A stretch of DNA of 64,000 nucleotides from Octopus vulgaris. Taxonomy: Eukaryota. This document shows, in pieces, positions 27,524 to 38,700 of this stretch. The notes below the pieces were generated by a model, which had not been told where the DNA came from, searched no databases, and saw nothing but the letters and a program-made list of their open reading frames with translations. The position numbers were made by a program, and so were the translations under genes. Every line of letters begins with the position of its first letter. Position 1 is the first letter of the stretch. Where the stretch lies: assembly GCA_951406725.2 (NCBI GenBank), contig OX597816.1, positions 113,336,001-113,400,000 on the forward strand. The letters are read 5' to 3'.

Positions 27524-29360
27524 CAGGCATACCTCAGCTTAAGATGTTTCGATTTAAGTCATTCTCGATTATACGTCGGTTTTCAAAAATAATATATGGA
27601 AAAATAAAAATCAAGTCATTTTACTCAACTTTACGTCTGTCCGCCACAAATATTGGAATTGTAAAATCACTAGAAAACCATTAAAGGCACATAAAATCAT
27701 GTTACTGTACAATAAATAAGAATAAAAGCATATAAAATCATATTAAAATATGTACAGTAAATGTCAAGATACACACCATAAAGTAGTGTAGCTTAGTGAA
27801 TGAAATTGTTGTCTTATTTATCAGTCTTTAGGAGCTCATATTGCACTGTAGTTCTAATATCTAACATTAGGTGTTGTTATCATTCATGATTCCCACAATT
27901 GTTTTGAATTCAGATTTGTTTATGTCTGTTTATCAGCTACTTTCTCATTCTCATCCATTTGCGATTTTATTTTTTGCCCCCATGGCTCCTAAGAAAATTC
28001 ATAGTGAAAATGCTAAGCGCCATGCTATAACGCTGGAAGATAAACTGACTGTGATAAAATGCCATGAAAACGTGAAAAAGTGGTAGCAATTGCACATGTT
28101 TGGGGGATGGGTCAGACAACTGTATCGACAATTGTACATAATAAGGACAAAATTTTAGTACATATCAAATCTGAAGCCCCAGGGATGAAGAACACTGTCA
28201 TCAACAAGAAAAGAGGTAAAATCTTTGAAGAAATGGAAAGTCTTCTTTCTCTTTAGATTGTTAGGCTGAATCGTCAGTGTGCTACTATTAGTCAAGAAAT
28301 CATTCACAAGAAAGTGTTGTCTTTGTTTGAGGACCTGAAGAAAAGATATCCAGATGAGAAAGATGTAGAGTTCAAGGCAAGTCAAGGATGGTTCATGAGA
28401 TTTCAGGAATGAAGAAATTATCACTCCATTAAGAAGCAAGGTGAAAGTGCATCAGCTGACAATCAAACAACAGCGGAATTTCCTAATGCATTAAAGAAAA
28501 TGAGTTTCTTCCCAAATAGATTTTTAACGTATTGGAAAAAATTGCCAGACTGTTCATTCATTTCCAAGGAGGAGAAAACTATTCCAGGCTGCAAGATCTC
28601 AAAAGAATGTATAACCATTATGTTGGGAAGTAATTGTGCAGGAGATTTCAAGTTAAAATCATTGCTTGTGTATCACGCACACAACCCACATGCCCTGAAG
28701 AACATACCCAAGGCATCTCTCCCTGTTATATGGGTGGCTAATTCAAAAGCATGGGTTACTGTTGTTGTTTTTGAAGATTGATTCTTCAATCATTTTATCC
28801 AAACAACAAGGTACTGTAAGGAGAAGAGGACTCCTTTTAAGGTTTTACCTATCTTAGATAATGCTCCTGGCCACCCGCAAAACATCATAGATTTTGACCC
28901 CAACGTTACTGTCATATACCTCCTTCCAAACATCACGTCCCTTCTGCAGCCAATGGATCAGGGAATAATTGCTATCTTGAAGCATTACTACATAAAGCGT
29001 ATGCTGTAGCAAGCAATAACTGCAACTGATCTTGATGAGTCCATCACACTTTGTGACTATTGGAAGCAATACGGTATCTACAAGGCTGTACAGAACATAG
29101 CAGTGGCATGGAATGATGTACAGAGCATGGCTATGAATGGTGTGTGGAAGAAGCTATGCCTGCAATTCATGAATGAGATTAAGGGGTTTTGATAATGTTG
29201 CCATCAACAAAACGGTGGTGACTATGAGCAAAGAACTGGAAAAAGATTTGGAGGAGGAAATTTCAGAGATTTATTTGAAAAAGATAAGCAGCCCCTGATG
29301 AACAAGGATTTGATAGAACTTCACAAGCAGCAAAATAAAAAAGGAGTCACTTTACCATAA
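27524..29360 (+). mobile_element. Tigger/pogo DNA transposon with decayed transposase
   Basis: TA|CAGGCATACCTC left terminus and ATG at 27982 (MAPKK...ITLEDKL). Motifs FKASQGWF, ITIMLGSNCAGDFKLK, NSKAWVT, LDNAPGHP and LQPMDQGII. Multiple stops and frameshifts; right TIR not seen. Confidence 0.9.
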
Positions 29361-31689
29361 AGAAAATGCAGCAAGCAGTTTTTTAAGCACATCAAACAAG
29401 AACAGCCAGAGTCAGCTGTTGATGTTGACGATCTTTTTTAAAGATAGTTTTGTTCCCACAATAATTTTCTTCAATTAAAAATATTCTTTTCTACATTTTG
29501 AACAATTCAAATCATCGTTATATAGATACTTCTTTCAAAATTCTAATTTTGTTTTTCAACGCATCCACTTGTCATGTTTGACTTTTTAAAACTATGAAAG
29601 GTACGATGAAAGCAAAAAGTGGGAGTAAGACTTCTCTTTTCTTTAAATATGAATTACAATTGCTCCAGAATGTGGAATAGAATAAAATGACAAAAACATG
29701 ACAAAAGTTTAAAAAAAAAAAAAATCATTTTAGTGGGTAGTTGCTGTTCCAAAGGTATGATGGGAGGGAAGAACAGATGTTTTAAAAAAATGGATTTAAT
29801 TTTTCTTTAAATGCAAATTACAAGTATTTCAGAGTTTGGGATACTATAAACATTTCTTACAGTGAAAATTATGAGAGGGGCAGGTTACATCCTCCCTGCT
29901 CCCAAAAAATGTAGATTACATGTTTCAGTATTTGAAACACCACAACATGTGGGAAATAATTTTAGTAGTCATGGCTGTTGTGAAGGTACGAGGGGTAGGT
30001 GGAAAAGTGGGTGCAACATTCAACAATCATGGATATCTGCTAACTTTCAGAGTTACAGATGTCATTGTTCTGAAGAATTAGATAAACCATGGCATGTTTC
30101 AATAGATTTGGATGCATCCATGAAGAAAGAGGAAGAATGAAAAATTAAAAGTTTAATAATGGCAGGTGTTAACTCTCATTAGCATCTGTTAGTAATGGGA
30201 AGAACAACTTCAGGTCTGGTTGTTTTATTGGTATTTATCACTTTAAGAAATTTCAAGAAAGCCAAATCAGCTAATTTTCTTGCAAGAACAGTAAAGAATT
30301 GTAAAGAAATGAAAATTTACAGATCTACAATCAACTTTGTCCTTTATGTTTCTATGCTCTACAAAATAGTTCGATTAGCCATTTTTTTTTCTTTGAGCAT
30401 CTTCAGTTATCCTTTCTCATGTATGCAACTTATCAACAGGATTTAGAAATTTAATGAAGTAAGATTGCAAAAATTCATTGTGAACTGAATATTAATATAA
30501 CAGGAATTGCCCAAAGTCCCACTGTGTAGAATCTTGGGCAAGTGTTTCCTACTATAGCCTCAGGCCAACCAAAGTCTTTTGAGTGGATTTGGTAGAAAGA
30601 AACTGAAAGAAGTACATCGTATATATGTGTGTGTGTGGGTCTTTGCGTCTGTTTGTCCCCGTACTAAGCGGTTTGGCAAAAGAGACTGATAGAATAAGTA
30701 CCAAGCTTAAAAACAAAATAAGTACTGGGGTCAATTAGTTCAACTAAAATTCAAGGCGGTGCTCCAGCATGGCCACAGTCCAATGACTGAAACAAGTAAA
30801 AGATAAAAGATGGACATTTTTCTTTTGTAAGAAAAAATTAGCTAGTTGTCAATCATCATCATCATCCATTTAATGTTCATCTTCCATGCTGGCATGGGTT
30901 CGATAATTTAACAAGAGCTGCGAAGCTGGAGAGCTGTGCCAGACTCCATTGTCTGCTTTGATTTGGTTTCTACAGCTGGACGCCCTCCTTAACACCATCA
31001 GTTTAACAGTGTACTAGCAGTATCGCCCGGCGTTGCTCGGGTTTGTAAGGGAAATAACTATATAAGCATTTTTAGAGAGTTATAGCCAAAAAATAGCAAA
31101 AAATGCATTAAAAATGGAAAAAATATGATGGTAAATTTTTTGAAAAATCGTTGACTCATCGTAGACATTTTTAGAGAGTTACTTCCCTTATATAATAGCG
31201 AAAAAATGCATTAAAATGGAAAAAAAACGATGGTAAATTTTTTTTTAAATCGTAGACTCATGTAGACGCTTTCTTAGCCATTTCTGTTTTGGTGTCTTCA
31301 AGCCATGAAGTCGTTGTTCTAAAAGAACGCTGGTCTCCTTGACAACGCATTACGACGTTGATTTCCTTGCACTCCCTTCCCCACAGGTGCAGGTGTGAGC
31401 GTGGATGCCAACTCCGCCGCCATCGACACACGAAAAATTATGCATTAAAATGGAATAAAAAATGATGTTAAATTATTTTTAAAATCGTAGACTCATCGTA
31501 GACGCGCGCTAATACTCAGACGGGCTCGATATGAATCACGACTATAAGCTACCCGAATTTGGTTAAACTGCACCGCAAAATGTGGGAGTAGTTAGGAATC
31601 TAAATCGAAGGGGACAGACACTCACACAACTACAGTTTTATATATATAGATATACATAGCGCAGTAGTGGTGAGATGTGACAGCAAAGA

Positions 31690-31930
31690 AAAGCATACAT
31701 TCACTCTCTGCATGCAATTAGACTCGGAAAGTTCGTGAGGAACCCATTGACCCAATTTGCTGACTTTTCCGATAGCACACAGGTCTCAATGAATGGTTGA
31801 ATGACCAAATCCAAGCTTCTCTGCTAGTTCCTCAACAGTTACGATGAGATTTTGTTCCACCAGGGTTTTCAGGATGTCCTTGTCGAGTTCTACAGATCTT
31901 TCAGGATGAGGCTCGTCTTCTAGGCTGTTC
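31690..31930 (-). pseudogene. mariner transposase N-terminal fragment (inside the Helitron)
   Basis: SLEDEPHPERS...TVEELAEKLGFGHSTIH*...KVSKLGQWVPHELSESN, with the mariner HTH and WVPHEL motif. Confidence 0.85.
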
Positions 31931-32219
31931 CAATATAGCTTTAAAAAAATAGCTGTTAAAATCGAAATGCACTCTTCAAAACTTGCACTATGAATAAGGA
32001 CAAGATAAAATTACTACCTGCTTTTATAGTAAGTTAATATAAGTAGTTTATCCCATTCCCCTCTGACTTTTAGTTCAAGCTGTTGAAAAAACTGCATTAT
32101 TATACATACATACATACATACATATACACACACACTCTCTCTCTTACACACATGCACACATTTATATTCTGTTATTCTTTTATATGTTTCAGCCTTGAGG
32201 TTGTGGCCATGCTGGATCA

Positions 32220-32360
32220 TGTGTGTGTGTGTGTGTGTGTCCCTGTCTGTCTGTCTGTATGTATATATGTATATGTATGTGTGTGAACAATAATATTTTC
32301 AACAGATGTGTTGCAAATGTATCTGATTGTTCTCAAGCTTCAATACTGTGTGTGTGTGTA

Positions 32361-32391
<31 letters not shown>

Positions 32392-32424
32392 ATGTATGTA
32401 TGTGTGTGTGTATGTATGTATGTA

Positions 32425-32459
<35 letters not shown>

Positions 32460-32475
32460 ATGTATGAGTGTATGT
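32220..32475. repeat. Compound (TG)n/(TATG)n microsatellite
   Basis: Direct reading. Similar arrays at 4014-4042, 48120-48186, 54778-54830, 57305-57470, 57840-58040 and 62795-62836. Confidence 0.95.
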
Positions 32476-34727
32476 TTACTTTATTACTAACACAAGCCAG
32501 TACGGTTATTTAATGTAAAGTCTTCCTCAAATCACTATCTCTGGCTATTTACTCTCTTCCAAGAACATTTTCACTCACACTTATGTGTTAGCTTCCCATA
32601 CATTTTACTCATGTATCTATCAGCGTGATAGAGAGAAACAAATATTACATCTAGTTTCACTTTATTCGTTGCCCACTGTGTGTGTGCGTTTGCGTGTGGT
32701 GTAAACCAGACTAAGAAAAGCATTTGACACACACACCAAAATGTGAGTTTTCTGTAAATTTTGCTTAATTGGAGTTTAAATTTTTAAAACTGGACCTGGC
32801 ATGACGCGATGCATTGTACTCTTAAAAATGGTAGGTAAATTGTAATTGAAGAAATCCTATATTGTAGATTTGTATAACTCCCAAAGGGAGGCAGATAAAA
32901 TCTGCCTTTTATAATAAGAGATACTGGGTGCTTCTTATGTGGCACCAACACTGGTGCTTTTTATGTGGCACCAACACTGGTGCTTTTTATGTGGCACCAA
33001 CACCAATGGGGTCACCAAGTAACTTGTGAGATGAAGACATCATTGCAGTTTGAAAAAAAAAACAAAGACTTTGCTGTTTCCAATATAAAGTGTATGTGCG
33101 ATAGTGCTGATTTTACAAATACCAGCATTGTCAAAGATTGTCGAAAATAGAAATGTACTGAAAAACATGTTAGTTACATCAGTAAAAACAAAAAAATTGT
33201 ATGGTGAGTCATATTTAAATAATAAATAATAAGCTAGAAAGAAATGAAGAAAATTTATTTTAGTTTCAAACTCCCTGGGAAATAAGACATGCATTTAAAT
33301 GATTAAGAAATGTTTCAACATAACAAAACACATACCATGTATCAAAAACATAATACTTTGAAAAATCAATCATAGTTAATTTAATTACAAGAAACATAAA
33401 TTTAGTGTTCAAGCTATCAAAAGATTTAGTATTCCCAAGCCAAATATAAATTTAACTAAAGTATTTACTTAAACTTTAATATTTTGTAGCTTTTATTTTT
33501 TACTCATTTCAGTCATTTGACTGTGACCATGCCGGGGTACCACCTTGAAGGGATTTTTAGGTGAATAAATCAACCCCAGGACTTTTTTAAGCCTAGTACT
33601 AATTTTATTAGCATCTTTTCTTGAACTGCTAAGTTACAAGGAATGTAAACACGCAACACCAGTTGCCAATTACTGGTAGGGAACAAACACAGGACACAAA
33701 GAAATATATAGATACATTTATACAGTGGGCTTCTTCCAGTTTCCATCTACCAAATTCACTCAAGGCTGTGGTCAGCTCAAGGTTATAGTAGAAGACAGTG
33801 GCCCAAAATGCCATGCAGTGAGACTGAACAAGGAACCATGTGGTTGGGAAGCAAACTTCTTACCACACAACCACGCCTACACCTATATCTTTTATCTTGT
33901 TTCAGTCATTGGGCCATGGCCATGCTGGGGCCCTGAGTGGTTTAGTCAAATGAATTATCCCAGTGCTTATTTTATTCTTAAACCAGGTCACTCTTTTTGC
34001 TGAACTGCTACTCACAGGGACATAAACAATGCAACACTAGTTGCCAAGCAGTGGTGGAGGACCAACACAAATGCACACATACACACCACCATCATCATAG
34101 TTTAATGCCTGTTTTCCATGCTGGCATGGGTTGGAAGTGTGACAGTAGAACTATCCAAAATGCCATGCAGTGAGACTGAACAAGGAACCATGTGGTTGGA
34201 AGCCCTTCCCAATGCCAAACACTTTGCAGTGTGTGCTGGGTGCTTTTTATGTGCCACTGGTATGTGGGGGAAACTTTTTTCAGGGATTTTCCTGTTTTTT
34301 TTAAACCACAGCCTTCCAAATGTGGGTGGGTGGGGGCTGTGCATCTTTGTATGAAAAATGTTTTGTAAACCCTTTTTTTACACCCCATCCCTCATCATCC
34401 CACTCCAAACCTATTTTGACCAATTTTTTTTTTTGCATTTCAAAACCATAGAAAGACCATTTTCGATGAAACATTTTTTAAAAATTGCTAAAAGATTTTT
34501 TAAATTGTTAATTTTTTCTGAGGGGAAAGTGATTTAAGGGTGATTTGGCTGTTGCTTCTAGTATATCCAGAGACAACCCACCTTGCATGTATTGATGTTT
34601 TTCAATACTTTTCCCCCATAAATACATTTATATGCTATAAAAAAGAAAATTTGAGAAATTATGAATTTTTTGCAACCCCACTCCTGCCCCCAATTGTTTT
34701 TGTTTAGTAATTAAAATATTGTTTTCT

Positions 34728-35590
34728 TGGTGTAAGTTATGGACACATAAGAGGTGCAGCAATATCAAGGGAAGGCTAACTGGGAAGATAGTTTTTGTGA
34801 GTAGCAAATGCTCAGGGGTAATAAACATTGAAGATGTACAGGAAACAGATTCCATCACATGCCAGGGGAAAAAACTAGAAGTAGTTGATAGCTTCTGTTA
34901 CCTAGGTGACCAAGTCAGTAGCAGGGGGTGGATACTCTGAAAGTGTAGCTGCTTGAATAAGAATAGCCTGGGCAAAGTTCAGAGAGCTCCTACCTCTGCT
35001 GGTGACAGAGTAAAAGGTAGACTGTATGAGGCATGTGTGCAAACAGCCATGCTACATGGCAGTAAAACATGGGTTGTGACTGCTGAGAACATGTGTAAGC
35101 TGGCAAGAAATTAAACTAGTATGCTCCACTGGATGTGTAATGTCAATGTGCATACATGACAGAGTGTAAGTGCCCTGAGAGAAAAGTTGGACATAAAAAG
35201 CATCAGATGTGGTGTGCAAGAGAGACGACTGTGTTGGTATGGTCATGTGTTGCATATGGATGAGGACAGCTGTGTGAAAAAGTGTCACACCCTAGCAGTT
35301 GAGGGAACCTGTGGAAGAGGTAGACCCAGGAAGACCTTGGATGAGATGGTGAAGCACAATCTCCGAACATGGGCCTCACAAAGGCAATGACAAGTGACCA
35401 AGACCTTTGGAGATATGTTGTACTTGAGAAGACCTGGCAAGCCATGTGATACTGTAACCATGGCTTAAGCCAGTGCAGCATAACCAGCCAATTTAAGAGT
35501 ACCCTTCAATCATTGGGCAATAAACTTTGCTTGCAAAGACTTGTTGAGTCAAGTGAAGTCAGTGTCGTGGCTGATACCAGTACCACCTGC
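34728..35590 (+). mobile_element. RTE-clade LINE, 3' part (RT C-terminus and 3' UTR), decayed
   Basis: WTHKRCSNIKGRL...LEVVDSFCYLGD...RIAWAKFRELLPLL...RLCWYGHVLHMDEDSCVKKC...GRGRPRKT. Confidence 0.85.
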
Positions 35591-36114
35591 AAACGTAAGA
35601 GGCTAGATATTGTTTTTATGGACAGACAAGAAAATGTATGTACCAGCATAGAAGTCAGCAGCATTTATTGAAGTGAATATCTTTTTAGAAATCAATGAGA
35701 AAGAGAATAACTTTTGACAACTCTCCCTCAAAACCTTAGTTTCCATATCTAGATTATAAATTCATTTACACCAATAATAACTGGTACATTTGATTTTGTG
35801 AGTAAATGTCTAAGTGACAATCTTGGTTGGCTGGGATTTTCAGGAAAAGAACTCAACCAGCAAACTCACACATTACAAATTCAACCTGTAAGTGAAGCAG
35901 TAAAAATATTAAAGATTTCTCAAGTTCAAAACGTGAATTTGTTTTTGATATCTACATTCCATCAATGGAGCTTTGTTAGAAACCAACACCTTCCTAACAG
36001 AAAGATTTCAAATAATTAAAAGTAGGAGACTTCCCCCACCACCACCACCACCACCATCCACACAATCATTAATATATATAGTTCACTGATGAAAAAATAT
36101 CTTTTTATTTAATA

Positions 36115-36600
36115 TAAAGTGTAAATGCTTTAAGAGGAGAACTGGGTATAAGAGGCATCAGATGTTGTAAGCAAGAGAGAAGACTGCACTGGTATGGTCA
36201 TGTGATAAGTATGGATAAGGACAGCTGCATAAAGAAGTGCCGAGCTCTAATTGTGAAGGGAACCTGTGGAAGGGGTAGACCCAGGAAGACACAAGAAAAA
36301 GTAGTGAGAAAGGATGTACGGATGCTGGGCCTCTCTGGGAAAATGGCAAGAGACTGGATGTCGTGGCAATTTGCTGTACTTGAGAAAACGTGTCAAGCTA
36401 TGTAAAATGGCTGTCATCCATACATACAGGCATAATCTTTACAGGTATTGGCACCCAGCACACACTGTAAAGTGGCTGGCGTTAGGAAGGGTATCCAACT
36501 ATAGAAACCAAAGAATCGGGACAGCTCCCAGCTGGCCAACTCCATGTCAAATGGTCCAACATATGCCAGTATGGAAGACGGATGTTAAATGATCATGATA
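36115..36600 (+). mobile_element. RTE-clade LINE 3' end with (ATG)-like tail
   Basis: RLHWYGHV...GRGRPRKT followed by 3' UTR ending ggaagacggatgttaaatgatcatgat. Tail-only copies at about 7540-7735, 11270-11400, 25765-26000, 30853-31013 and 34085-34260. Confidence 0.8.
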
Positions 36601-36634
36601 AACAATCATTTAATATTGGTTAATATCTAGTTTA

Positions 36635-38700
36635 ACACCCGGTGTCTTTCAAACAGCATAGATTACGACTATAAAGAAACTTGTGGGGAAAATCCTTTTC
36701 CAAAGCAGTGGTGTGAGGATTTTGGCAAAATTCACATGATCCAATTTTTTCCCTCATAACTTTCAAGAAAATGAGTATCTTTTAATGAAAGTTTATACAA
36801 ATACCTTTCAAACGGCATAGATAATATAAACAAATTTATGAGGATAAGTTTTCCAGGAATTGGGAAGAGAAGTTTCGGATCAGGAAGACCACATACTCCT
36901 CCAGACCGATTTTTCCACTTAAAAACTATAGGAGGAGCCTTTTGGGTCTAAAAAAAATTGTAGATATTTTCAAAGGGAACAGTGTGATTTAAGGGAGATT
37001 TAGCTGTTGTTTCTAGCACACCCCAAGACAACCCTCCTCGCTTCTTTTTTCCTCACACATGTATTGATGTTTTACAATATTTTTCTCCCAATAAACACAT
37101 TTATACCACAAAAAAAATTTGAAAATTTATGATTTTTTTCAACCCCCACTCCCTGCTCCTGTTTGTTTCTGTTTATAATTGAAAATATTGAAGAGCCTGA
37201 GGTCATTTCAAAATAAGTTTGTAAAAGATAATTAATTTTAATAGTATACTTTTCCGTTAGAAAAGGTTTTTTTCTTAAGCGTACATGGCCTCAATTAAGG
37301 TAGGAGTAAAATTTAAATTACCATTTTTTTGTTGATGCTTATATCCCACTAATGGACCGCGCGTGTGGTCCATTAAAGGGGGAGGGGAGTAAAACAAACA
37401 AAAATATTTCAAACCGTTTTTTTCATAAAAAGATGCTCATCATTTCGAAGGCTGTAGGGAAAAACAAATGAAAAGATCTCCATCGAGACGGAGAAATTTC
37501 AACTTATGTGGTCTTCTTGAGCCGAAACTCCTCTCCCCACCCCTCGGAAAGCCCCCCCCCTCCCCTTCTTTATAATTGTAATCTATTCCGTTTAAAAAGT
37601 ATTTGAATAAACTTTCATTAAAAGACACCGATTTTCCCGAAAGTTATGAGGGAAAAAATCGGATCGTGTGAATTTTCCAAAACTCCTCTCCTACGGAAAA
37701 TTTTTCCTTTCCCCACAAATTTCTTTATAATCGTAACCTATGCCGCAGTTAATGTTTACATCTTGACCTGGAAATGAAAATCCCCGCCCAAAAAAAAACT
37801 GAAATGGGTGTAAAACAATGTGTAGGAAACGAATATGAAAAAAAAAATACGCGCAAAGTAACAGGAGGACTTTGGAAAATTTACAAGATCCGAGCTTTTC
37901 CCTCGTAACTTTTAGGAAAATGGGTTTTTCTCAATTAAATTTTATAGAAATACCTTTCAAACGGCATACATTACAATTATAAAGAAATTTGTGTGGAAAA
38001 TCTTTTCCAAGGGGGTGGGGAGAGTACCTCGGAAAATTCATAAGATCCGAGTTTTTCCCTTGTAACTTTTAGGAAAATGTTGTTTTTTTTCCCAATGAAA
38101 TTTTATATACCTTTCAAACGGCATACAATATGATTATAAAGTAATTTGTGTATATATATATCATATACATATACACAGACACACACACATATAGTTAAGA
38201 GGGGATAAACTCGAATCTTGTAAATTTTCCGAAGTCCTCTCCCCACACCCTTGGAAAATATTTTCCACACAAGTTTCTTTATAATCGTAATGTATGCCGT
38301 TTGAAAGTTATTTCTATAAAATTTCATTGAAAAAAACTCATTTTCCTAAAAGTTACGAGGGAAATGCTCGGATCTTGGGAATTTTCCTAAGTCCGCTCCC
38401 CCACTCTCCCGTTGCTTTGCGCGCATTTTTGTTTTCATATTCGTTTCCTACACATTGTTTTACACCCATTCCAGTTTTTTTTTTTCTTCTTTTTTTGGAT
38501 TTTCATTTCTGGGTCATGATGTAAACATTAACCAAAATTTCTTTAATAGATATCCATTTTCCTGAAAGTTACAAGGGAAAAAATCGGATCGTGTGATCTT
38601 TTATCTCTTCACCCTACGGTTCGTTTGCGCAAATTTTGGTTTTCAGATTCGTTTACTACACATTTTTTTTTTTTTTTACACCTATTACACTTTTTTCTTG
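36635..38700. repeat. Complex foldback-like repeat with about 160-bp internal units and inverted arms 37748-38060 / 38200-38532
   Basis: Repeated ctttcaaacggcata...taactttcaagaaaatg units in both orientations, and gttaatgtttacatc...cgcgcaaag mirrored at 38410-38532. Related pieces at 34260-34715 and 40880-41150. Confidence 0.7.

Larger units (their letters stand above)
31014..32921 (-). mobile_element. Composite non-autonomous Helitron (core 31014-31650 plus 1.27 kb extension and second 5' end)
   Basis: 3' hairpin and CTAG at 31014, inner 5' TCTATATATATAAAA at 31650, outer 5' TCTCTTATTATAAAAGG at 32921. The interrupted host RTE-tail repeat resumes at 32922 and the site is A|T. Confidence 0.8.

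Noticed and set aside
32014-32513. C/V/Y/M- or H/T/I-rich ORFs here and at 45279-45525, 53589-53984 and 57062-58115
   Set aside because: They are translations of (TG)n/(TA)n microsatellites, not genes.
32925-33005. CRISPR-like short direct repeats (gtgctttttatgtggcaccaacac x3)
   Set aside because: Head-to-tail tandem units without unique spacers, part of the RTE-tail repeat, and no cas genes.
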